From Octopus bimaculoides (lineage: Eukaryota), in the NCBI RefSeq assembly GCF_001194135.2, contig NC_068985.1, forward strand, positions 120,417,278 through 120,481,277: a stretch of DNA of 64,000 nt, in the 5' to 3' direction. Each line of letters opens with the position of its first letter. The stretch's first letter is position 1. The notes beneath the pieces were generated by a model. The model was not told the DNA's origin. It saw nothing but the letters and a program-made list of their open reading frames with translations, and did no database searches. Both the position numbers and the translations under genes were made by a program. Shown here in pieces: positions 25,441-36,144 of the stretch.

Positions 25441-28363
25441 ATACTACAGAGACGTTTTTCTAGCCCTCCCCTGATTTTACCATACTTTATTTTATCACCT
25501 CACACCATCCTTCACCCTTACCATCCCTTTAGTGGAGACCAGAGCTATGACACAGTTCTGACACATGGAGTAGCATGGTGTGGAAAGGGAGAAGGCAGTC
25601 GGGTGTCTTCATCGGAAGTTGAGGGACGAAGTGAATAAGCTACACAGTATACAAAATATCAATTATATTCTAATATAGATTTTATTGTTGTTAGATCAGA
25701 TGGTTGAAGCACTATCTAGCAAAATATCAACTCGATACGTGGATAGTTCAACCCTTCCAGCGACTATATTTTCTGTCCATGTCCAGGATAACATAAGACT
25801 GAAGCGACTTGGTGAATGTGAAAGGAATCAGATGTGACAGCGTTCGAACACCTTCACGATTTTTACCAATAATATGTTTGCGTATGCGTACGTATGTGTA
25901 CACGTGCGTATGTATGACTTAGAACTAGTATGAAGATCACAGAAGATTTAAGGCCATTTATATCACCGAAAAGTATTTTGTGTTTTCTTTTTACCTTGTA
26001 GTATTGAGTTCAGCTCTCTATATATAGTCTTGATGGGTTTAAAGTTTCAATAACAAGTCTTGAACTAGATAATGTATTAGAATATTTTTCAGTGATTCCT
26101 CGACGACTAACGGATCACTTGACCGCGCCTCATTCTTTGCAAAGTCAGGCTTCACGGTTCTTCAAATACAAAACAAACAAAAACAAAAAAATATCAGAAT
26201 ATGAAGAAAACGATTAGTCTGCTCATCTTTCCGTAATCTTTGAAGTTTTTTTCAATGATTAATTTTCCTATTCACAACTGATAGGTTCCAACAATAAAGG
26301 TAGAAGGTTTTTGCAAGTGCTTTATGCTGACAACAGAATCATAAGAACTGCTAGAATTATGATGGTATTTAGTCTTAGTGATTCGAAAATATTTTCATCA
26401 TTGTACAAATGCCATTTTCACCAATTTCACCGTAGTGTCTTACATTAATATGCAGACGTTATAAATCTAAATGAAATCAATAGGTTCTGAATTTGCGGTT
26501 AAAATAAATGTACCAGATGTTGAAACATATTATCGGCATACTACCTTGAAGGATATGTTAATTATTTAATCAATTAATTAATTAATTAGTTAATTGACTG
26601 GGTGATTTATTGGGTTCTTAACTCCGTTATTAAGTTTGTACTAATAGAAAATTTGATGCTGTTGTTAAAGCGCCTAGTTTAATGTGACGGCTGGATATTT
26701 CACTGGTTGATACCGGCAGTCTTTCCAACACGAATTCATACATCTCATTACTACAAGTCATGCTTAATGTGACTTCACAACAGTTAAAATGTTATTCAAT
26801 GAGCAGGAAAGCTACTAATGCAAATTGGCAATCCAGTATTTCTAGAATAATTTGAAAATAAATTAAAAATATCTCCTGCAATTATTGATATTAATTTCTA
26901 ACTACCGCATCAATTCTTCCTATTACATATCCACATATTACACAATATTCCCTTCTCAACGGTGACATATACCGCGCTTTAGCAATGTCATTGACTCTGC
27001 TAACTATTTACTTATAGTCCTAACTTCCTGGTTTCAAGTGAGATGGAAGCAATTGTTAACAATCTCCTTTAACCGTTTAAGTGCGTCCTTTACCAAGTGA
27101 TTAACACTTCAGCTTCAATAATGTTGCAAAGGGCTTGTTGGTTGTGTTACTCACAAGTGGCATCCTTCTTGGCTCGAATCATATCTATTCATTTAGAATG
27201 ACCAAAAGATTTTGCTGTCTTTAACATTAAATCTCTTGGCTGAATGGCTCTCCTGGCTATTCTATCCTTCTTCTGTTGTCATTTGTATTACATACTTCCT
27301 CACAGAATGCTTGATCGCAGTGAGTATTTGGGTCTCTCACACTTTCTCTCTCTTTCTCTCTCTTTCTCTCTCTCCCTCTCTGCCCCATACTCATCAGCCC
27401 TTTCTCTCCCCTTCACTCTGCCCCATATTCATCAGCGCTGATGTATTCCATGCTTTCGTTATGTCAACTAAACATTCACTTCCTTCTTGAATATTATCTA
27501 TTCTTCTCGTCACCTCTAGTCACACACATATGCCAATGACACTACTCTTCACTTATCTTTAAACTGTATACAGATGCCATCCACAGGAAACCTAGCCACC
27601 TCACGCCAACTTTTCGCTGAATCCATAAAGAAAGGTTTTGCAAACTTTCCCTAGTAAAAACAAATAGCTGTTGCCTTTCGTTCAATATTGTCCATATCAA
27701 ATAATAGAAAACAGAAAATAGTATTGTACAATAATACCTTCTCTAGTATAGGACAATAAGCAATTAAGTGCTTCAAAAGTATGGTTTACTACTAGCCATT
27801 TTGTATTCTACAAATAAAGAACACAGCTTTTCACGCACTGATCTCTTTCTTCAATGCCAAAAAATACACCATTTCCAAACAGGGTTAATTCTTGACAACT
27901 CATATGAAAGACGCAATGTAAGACAATGCTCTCACATTTGGAACAACACAACAACTACGTATTCTAAAGTGCTATAGTGTAATGCTCAAAATATCTACAT
28001 ATCCTTAGCAAATAGTCTATGTAAAAACCTTATCTTTATACGCAAATGGTCTAATAACTTCGATTAAACTTCTGTCTAATTCTACATTTTGACACGTACC
28101 CGACTCGTTATAACAGCCTGAAGTTAATATAAATTTTGTCGAGACACAAAAATCGGAAGCAGCTGAACTAGTTTCAGTCCTACGTTGAGATTTTGTCAGA
28201 GACGGGATATTCTTCTTAATTGTTGGATATTTTCTAAACTATTTATGATCTTACTTTGTTAACTTCTTTCAAATAGCTGAAGTGAATCATACTAATTTGC
28301 ATATATGACGCATTTTTGTCAGACACGTTTATTAAGAAAATACTGATGCATTAACGGATTCTT

Positions 28364-28547
28364 ATTTCTTTATTGCCCACAAGGAACTAAACATAGAGGG
28401 GACAAACAAGGACAGACAAAATGATCAAGCCGATTACATCGACCCCAGTGCATAACTGGTACTTATTTAATCGACTCCGAAAGGATGGAGGTTAAAGTCG
28501 ACTTCGGCGGAATTTGAACTCAGAACGTAACGGCAGACGAAATACCG
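28364..28547 (-). mobile_element. tRNA-derived SINE, family 1, tail type 1; head truncated exactly at CGGTATTTCGTCT
   Basis: Near-identical in layout to 11483-11669. The 5' head (GGCGGCGAGCTGGCAGAA...) seen at 52448 and 59828 is absent and replaced by the upstream element. Confidence 0.9.
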
Positions 28548-30281
28548 ATTTCTTTATTAGTCATAAAGCCCTAAACATAGATGGGGACACCACAAGGAGA
28601 GACAAGACCACAGTGGGGATAAAAAACCTAGAACGAAAGTAAATGAGATGAAATATATATAAATGAAAAAATGAAAATGGACGCATGGGCCCCACTCCCA
28701 TGCAGAACCATTTGAACCGTTATATATATTATCTACAATTGTTCTATTTTTTTCCTTTAATTTCATACTTTTTTTTGTCTTTAGTAGAACTTCATCAGCG
28801 GTTCGATATCTCTCAAATCCACCACTGGTGGCAACTCTTTAACTTGTAGCTCTACTCCTGGTGAGTCAATGCTACCTCCACACATCTCTTTCAACTTTCT
28901 GTAGTTTTCCTCTTCAATCAATATTGCCTTCATATCCTCTGCGTAGACGTATGAAGGCACCTTTACTCTTACTATTGAATTAAACTTGATTATCTTTTTC
29001 TCTGTTTCAGCATTTTTGGGGTACGTCACATAATACCACACTCCATCTCCTCCTCGTATGTTCTTTCCTTTATCTTGTACTTTTTGTTCTCTTTTTCCTT
29101 CCTCTATCTCAAATAATCTCTCCAACTCTCTTTCCTGCAGTTGTATTTCCGACTACTTCTCCATTGGAACAACCAATATCTTTACTGGTAACTCCACTTT
29201 TTTTTTACTTCCCCTTTTTTCTTCCCTCCTACTAACCTCCATCACATTCTCCTCTCTTACCTCCTCTCTCCTCCTTCGCCTCCCCAGCGGAGAACTCATT
29301 CCTCTGCTCCTACCTCCTTTCTCCCCAACCACACTGAATCCACTCTCCGCTTCTTTCTCCGTTTCTTCCCCCGTTGCCCCGTCCTGCACCACCTGGTCCA
29401 CACTCTCATGTCTCTCCTCCTCCTGTTCCGTTTGTGGCTTTTCCTGGGTGCACCATGCCCTCATGTGCCCCCCCCCTCTCCACATGAGAAACACACTGGC
29501 GGCCGACCTTCCACAACAACTCTCAACTTCAGATCCTCCGGCAGCACAATCTCACCCACTCAAGTCCTCTGTTGCCGCCCGAACCGCCAATTCGATACCA
29601 TATCCCCAGTAGTTCACCCTTCGGGTCCCTGCAGCCCCCAGAATCCTCTTGTCCCTCATACTATACGCTATGGCTGTCATCAGCCATTCCTCCTTCGACT
29701 TGGGTGGTACCCCACCCACTCGCACCCTGGCCACACGTTTGCCGCAGCACGAAGGCAAAAGCACCCACTCCTCCGTCCCTATTGCCCCTGTAGACCGCTT
29801 TATTGCTTCCTCCTCCGTTGTGAAGCGCACCTCCACAGTCGCGCACCTTCCCCCTCTCGTAATGTATGCAGTGAATATTTTCAAACTCCTAACACACTCC
29901 TCCATGGCCTCCATTGGTGCAGTCTCTATCTTTCTTGTGGCCGCCCTTATGGTTCCAAATATAACCGTTCCTCTGGTCACGCTGGCCGATAGCTCGTCAG
30001 GCGGCGTCAGTGCTTCCTTCATTTGTGATTAATTTCTCACCCTCCTTCATCCTTCTAGGCTCCACCTCAATCTCACGGACCTCCAACTGTCGCGCGTCTA
30101 CTCCTCTTCGCGTTCCGGCCGCACAGCTTGGGCTCGCCTCCCGCGCCTTCCACTTTCCCACAATGGGAAACAAAACAACAACTAACGAATCAACAACGGC
30201 TTCAATTGAAACAACGATTCAATTAACAATGGTAACAATTCAATAGACACATCAAGACAAACTCACGCAACAACTTCATAG
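28548..30281 (-). mobile_element. ORF1-only L1/Tx1-like element (HAL1-like), about 1.73 kb
   Basis: ORF1 pieces at 29552-30022, 29153-29494 and 28781-29125. A zinc knuckle VVEGRPPVCFSCGEGG(fs)HMRAWC lies at about 29450-29520. After ...MKFY* comes about 230 bp of 3' UTR with no endonuclease or RT. Flanked by imperfect 13-bp direct repeats. Confidence 0.75.
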
Positions 30282-30294
30282 AGACGAAACACCA

Positions 30295-33180
30295 ATTTCT
30301 TTATTGCCCACCAGGGGCTAAACATAGAAATGGACAGAACAACTGATGGGATCAGTAAATCGATATGATTTTACATAAAATATGACTTTTAAAAATTAAA
30401 TTAAATATATAAAAAATCGAATGAAATTAACAACACAGGGACAATACAAATCAAGCGATGATCAGGCCACGCTCCGACCTCACCAGCCCCGATCTATCGC
30501 TGGTACCTTTTTTGTTCTCTTCTTTTTCGTCTATTCACACGGTTCCTTGCACGCACAACACGCGTGCAACATGCTTCCGTCTCTTTTGGAACGTAGACTT
30601 CGACAGATATCTCTTCTACAACCACACCTTCCTTTGCAAATGAAAAGTAAAAAATGAACGTAAATTGTAGCCAGAGATAAAGTCGCCTGTCTTAATTCCT
30701 TTTATCCTAGTCTTCCATACTGGCTCTTTCGCTATTGCTACAACCGTGAGAAAACAATTCTTACCTTCGTTTGTTAAAACTCCCGGTGGGTCAATTTTTA
30801 TAATTGACTCAGTCGACAGCTGTACTCTTCCTACGCCAGACAACAGATGTTCAGCATAAGCCCACATTTCAGATATCTCCGGACACTGAACAATAGCGTG
30901 AGGGACGGTCTCCCCCCCCCCACCTCATCTTGGACAGGTTGGCGACTGAAGCTTACTGTGTCTTGCGAGTTTATCCCAAACGGGCAAGGCACTTCTATAG
31001 CATTGCCAGGTTAAGGACTTTTGGAAGTTGTCCAACGTTCTCAACCCGAATGTACGGTGAAAAAGGCTGTCCAGTTGAATAAACCCGAGTCCTAGAGTCG
31101 CCCCCAGGCCATCGTCGCATTCAGAATCTACCAACCCACTATATAAAATCCGTGTGGAACACCCACCGCTGGCGTTGCCCGAGCGCCGGAATAGCAAGAG
31201 GGCCCTACGGTACTATTTATGCCATTCACTAGACCTCGGTCTACGCGAATACCAGGCTTCCTGTTCGCAAAAACGTTTGAACTCGGGGAACATTTGTGTG
31301 GCCAGCGGAGACCACACCCGTTCACACTCCAGCCTGATCAACCCCGAATCCGGACTGGGCACGACGGTCAGGCGGTAGGTAATGACCGATGCGATAAACA
31401 CATTGGCTACCTCTGCCCTCCCTTTCAGGGATAGCCACCGCCAAGACCAGTTCTTGACTACTGCAGCCACCCTGCTCAATGCCTCCGTCCAGTTCTTCTC
31501 TATCTGGAGGTCTGTTCCAAACCAAACTCCCAGCAACTTAACCGCTCCCTCCGTCCAGAGCCCAACAACGTTGTCTGAAGGCATCGACTTGCCAACCTAG
31601 GTGTAAGCCGACCGACTTTTCTCGGTTAATCTTTGCTCCTGCCACCTCATCGTAAGCCTCAATAGTTTTATTCACTTCACGTAGGCGTGCTACTGAGGTT
31701 ACGCTGATAGTGATATCATCCGCGTAAGCCGTAACAAGCTCCTCTAGACCTGGTTCTCTCGGAATGCCATTCAACCTTCGCAGTAGGGGCTCGAGAGCTT
31801 CCACATACAGATCGGTGAGAGCGGACATCCTTGACGAACCGAGCGTCTGATGCAGAACGGCTTTGAAAGGAAACCGTTCACCCGAACTATCGAGTTAATG
31901 TTGTGGTACAAAGTGACAAACCACCTGAGGAAGCCAAGGCCCAGGCCGCACCGCGCAAGCACAGTCGCCAGATGTCGATGGTCAACCCTATCAAAAGCTT
32001 TAGACAGGCCCAAATGTACCAGTCTTAAAAACCTTTGTACTGGCAAAAAACCTTTGCCAGATTTATTACCAACCCTCTGTATGGTATAGCGGATAAGATG
32101 GAGGGTATCCTGAATGGTTCTACCTGGGATGGCACATGTCTGTGCCTCTCCGAATATACCATTCGCGACATGCGCCGACCTTTTCGCTAAGACCTTGGCC
32201 AAAATTTTCACTTCTGGGTTTAACAGAGTGATGGGCCTGAAATTCTCTATAACGTCCCCCTTGTCCGGGTCGTTTCTGACCAACGTCACTACTCCTCGTC
32301 GCACAGATCTGGATATAAACCTATTCTGTTGCCAGTTCGCGTACACGTCAGCCAGTAGATGCCCGAATAAGTATGGCATACATTTATACAGAACGTACGG
32401 AAGACCATCATGTCCCGGCGACCTACCCGCTTTACAGTCGGCGAAAGCCTCCATCATTTCTACAAGTGTGATTGGCCCTTCGCAAGACTCCGCATTCGAC
32501 CCCGAGAGACACGGCAGACCGGCAAGAAAGTCATTGAGGGCTCTCCCACCACCAGCACCGCTGTCACCCCCGAACAGCTGGGCGAAGTACTTCTGAAAGG
32601 CCTTACACATTTTCTCGGGTTCGTTTACCAAGACGTCATTATGATTCGTCAAAGACCGTATAGTGGAACTATTTCCTTGTCGAGCTTCCTCCACTCGGGC
32701 CCACCCAGCGGCCTTGATTCCTTCACTTCCCATCGCACGTAACTTAGCTCTGGCAGTACTTCCCTTGTGTTGGGTTTCAAGATGCTGGTTTAACTCTTTT
32801 TAGGGCGTACCACCATTTGTTATTAATGATGGTACCTGTGAATGCCCTCTGTATTAATATCTTGATACGCTTTCTGTATTCCTCAATCGCCAAAAGGGAC
32901 GTATTGAGTTTCCAGTAGGCAGATCCCTGACTATGTAATTTATCTATTGTCAGTTTACAGGTAACCATCTTGTGGTCACTGTAGCCGACTACAAAAAATT
33001 GTGGACACTTAGCTATGGACTTATCTGTTTCTCAAATTAAAATCCCATCTAGATATGTTCTGGAAGGCCCGTCACTATTTGACCACGTCCACTGTGGAGT
33101 GTTCGGGTGTTCCAACCTATATGGATCTGCTAGTTGAAAGTGACTTAGCAGATCCCGTAACTTATGTTGAACTCGGCAAC
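30295..33180 (-). mobile_element. 5'-truncated L1/Tx1-like retrotransposon (ORF2 and 3' UTR)
   Basis: Endonuclease C-terminal motifs LRDLLSHFQLADPYRLEHP...WTW...TYLD, YSDHKMV and YWKLNTSLL. RT motifs FRPITLLN, SKAFDRVDH, SVRQGCPLSP and AYADDIT. Post-RT LSLKGRAEVAN, then C-terminal CPR*...HAIVQC. Frameshifted. Confidence 0.95.
31771..32733 (-). pseudogene. largest intact reverse-transcriptase ORF segment (320 aa) of the L1/Tx1-like element
   Basis: RT domain motifs as listed for 30295-33180. YADD lies in the adjacent frame (ORF 31538-31828), so the gene is broken. Confidence 0.9.
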
Positions 33181-33269
33181 ATAAAGAAATGCTCCCACTG
33201 CAATTTATTTTATTCGCCCATCAAGTAGTTCTTTCTACTAAGCATCACTTCCCATATTAATATTTACGT

Positions 33270-33620
33270 CTAATCTAACATAGACACAGATGGCAAATTT
33301 TGCAGGTGGAATATATTAAAATGTGTCAACTTTCGGCAGAATTTAAACTCAGAATATAAATGGCAGTAGCCATATGCCACGCGTCTTTTGTTTCCATTCA
33401 ACCGAATCTACCAATTTCTAAGACCTCCTTTATCATGCTATTATTGAGCTGTTCCGTAGGCAAAGAGCATCAAATTAGGGGAGGGGGATATCGAGTAGCA
33501 CCTTATCAAGCTCAAAGGATGATAGCCAAAACTGATTACAGTGGGATTTGAACCCAGAACGTAAAAGACTGTCACTAAATAATGCGAGGAATTTAGTTTG
33601 ACATTCTAGTCTGTTAATCT
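33270..33620 (-). mobile_element. two highly degenerate family-1 SINE remnants
   Basis: GGCAGAATTTAAACTCAGAAT and GGGATTTGAACCCAGAACGTAA match the reverse complement of the box-B region. Confidence 0.5.
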
Positions 33621-34227
33621 ACTGCCTTATATCACAACTGACAACTGGCAGAATTACTAGAATTTAGAACAAAATTCCTCCCGGGAATTAATTGCTAACG
33701 TTATGAATTCAAACCATGCCAAGTCTACGTTAAATTACAACCTTTTCGTCGTCAAAATTTTTTAGTACCAGTGGAGTATTGGAGATGGTGTAAACGACTA
33801 TTCTCTTCCAATAAATTTGAGGCAATATGCTTTTGATAGAAATCAGTATTAAAACATGATTTAAAGCGATGCAGATTTCAGCAGTGTAGTAAAATGCCTA
33901 ATTGTATCGATATAGCATCAAGCAGTTAGCTCTCGTTAGCGCTCTGTCGTAAAACCGTATCCCAGCAGAGTCGGTTTGTCCTTTTTACATCCTGATCAAT
34001 AAAAGTAAGTGCTAGTAAAGTAAGGTTTTAATGTGATTGAGTGCACCGATACAAATCAATATTTCAGAAAAACAAAACGGAAAATAATAGAAATATCTCC
34101 ACGTTATTTCAACTAGAAAAAAAAAAGCAGCAAAGAATATCTAATTACTAAATTAATGAAGTAAAGCATAGAAAAACTAGGCGGATAAATGTTTTTGACA
34201 CTAAGCAGAGAGATTTCATTTACTGCA

Positions 34228-34232
34228 AAGGC

Positions 34233-34297
<65 letters not shown>
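34228..34297. repeat. (GA)n microsatellite
   Basis: Directly visible. Confidence 0.97.
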
Positions 34298-34302
<5 letters not shown>

Positions 34303-34364
34303 ATGAATATGCTGAAAGGAAAGGATCAGGAAATGTACAAATAATGCACCATCTTGGAGGCTTT

Positions 34365-35016
34365 TATGCGGTCCCCGGCTTATGTGAGTTTATAGGTTGA
34401 CTATAAAGTACTGATTTTAGAGTTGTTCACTCTTGCATGCATTAATTCCAACTTTTCTAATTAATACCTTCCTTGTTTCTTTCCAGGTAAACTGATATCT
34501 GCTAGTTCAAAGAAGATTTCAAAAGTAACTAGTAGCCACTTCTCTTGGAAATGGTCAAAATTCGACATTTTGATGTTAACATGTACTTGTAGAAAAAAGT
34601 TTTAGCCTCCAAAGACATTACTGCTGATACGGCTGCTACATCAACCCCAGCTTTATCAACAGTGCAACACTGGACAGCTGAATTTAGGAGAGAAAGGGAG
34701 AGTTTTGAATATGACCCAAAGTCTGGACGTCCTGAAACTGCCGTCACTGAGAAAAGCATCGATTGTGTTCACCACATGCTAATGGATGACAGGCGATTGA
34801 CTCTAAATCAAATAGCCAATGCTATTAACATATTCCGTGAGAGAGTGAGAGAGTCGAGAATAGGCGTGGCTGTGTGGTAAGAAGCTTGCTTCGCAACTAC
34901 ATGGTTCCAGGTTCAGTCCCACGGTGTGGCACCTTAGGCAAGTGTCTTCTACTAAAGCCTCGGCCCAACTAAAGCCTTGTGAGTCGATTTGGTAGACGGA
35001 AACTGAAAGAAGCCCG

Positions 35017-35059
<43 letters not shown>

Positions 35060-35070
35060 TATATACATAG

Positions 35071-35154
<84 letters not shown>

Positions 35155-36144
35155 GTGTATCTTTGTGCCTGTGTTTGTCTTCCCACCATTGCTTGACAAC
35201 CGATGCTGGTGTGTTTACGTCCCCGTAACTTAGCGGTTCGGCAAAAGGATCCGATAGAATAAGTACTAGGCTTACATAGAATAAGTCCTGGGGTCGATTC
35301 GTTCGACAGAAGGTGGTGCTCCAGCATGGCCGCAGTCAAATGACTGAACCGTGTAACAGAATACAGAAAAAAAAATTAATTAGCATGACGAAGCTTCCTG
35401 CTCGGTTGACGCCAAGTCTTCTGACAACGACCAAAAGCGCACCAGGATGATCATATCAAGAGAAGATAAATTTAACATTGTTTGCGGAAGATTCAGCTGG
35501 TTTCCTTGAACGTTTCCTCGCCCAGAATGAGTTTTGAGTTCAACACTTTGAGCCAGAGACAAACAGACAATCTCTGCAGTGGAAACACCCTTCCTCGCCT
35601 GCTCCAAGGAAGACCAAACTAGTTTCATCTGCAGGGAAGGTGAAGAGGTCATGTTTTGGGGTGCAAAAAGCATTGTATTTATTAAACTATCTTGAAAAGG
35701 GTCACACCATCGATGAAGAGTACTATGCGAACTTATTGAGACAGTTAAGAAAGGCTGTCAAAACCAATCCTCCAGGAAAACTGACGAAAGTTGTCTTGTT
35801 TCATAATGACAAATCTCCAATCACAAGTAATCGCTTTCAATGGCTGCTGTGCGTGACTTTTGTTTGAGCTGGTTGATCACCCTCCATATTCTCTGCACTT
35901 GGCCTCATCTGACTATCATCTATTCCCCAACATTAGAAACCACTTGACCGACAACTAATATCGCAGTGATAATGACGTCACACCTGCTGTTGGTGACTTT
36001 TTAACGAACGGGAATCCAAGCATGCAACACCAATGGATGAAGTGTGTTTACAGCAAGGGGGACTATTTTGAAATATAGATTCATTTGGTGACATTCCATG
36101 TGAGTAGCTTAGTCAGCCTATGAACCTTTCAGCCGATCGTCGTA
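34365..36144 (+). mobile_element. full-length decayed mariner transposon (about 1.27 kb after removing the nested SINE)
   Basis: Ends CGGCT...GAGTTTATAGGTTGACTA and TAGTCAGCCTATGAACCTTTCAGCCG are inverted repeats with TA flanks. Transposase motifs: STVQHWTAEFRR...DPKSGRPETA...DDRRLT, HFEPETNRQSLQW, LFHNDKSP and HPPYSLHLASSDYHLFP (cf. HPPYSPDLAPSDY). Confidence 0.9.
34861..35368 (+). mobile_element. complete family-2 SINE (tRNA head, CORE-like motif, internal (TA)n, 3' module) nested in the mariner
   Basis: Head GGCGTGGCTGTGTGGTAAG...GGTTCAGTCCC, then GGCACCTTAGGCAAGTGTCTTC, (TA)n at about 35018-35150, and tail CCAGCATGGCCGCAGTCAAATGACTGAA. It interrupts the transposase after RERV. Confidence 0.9.
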
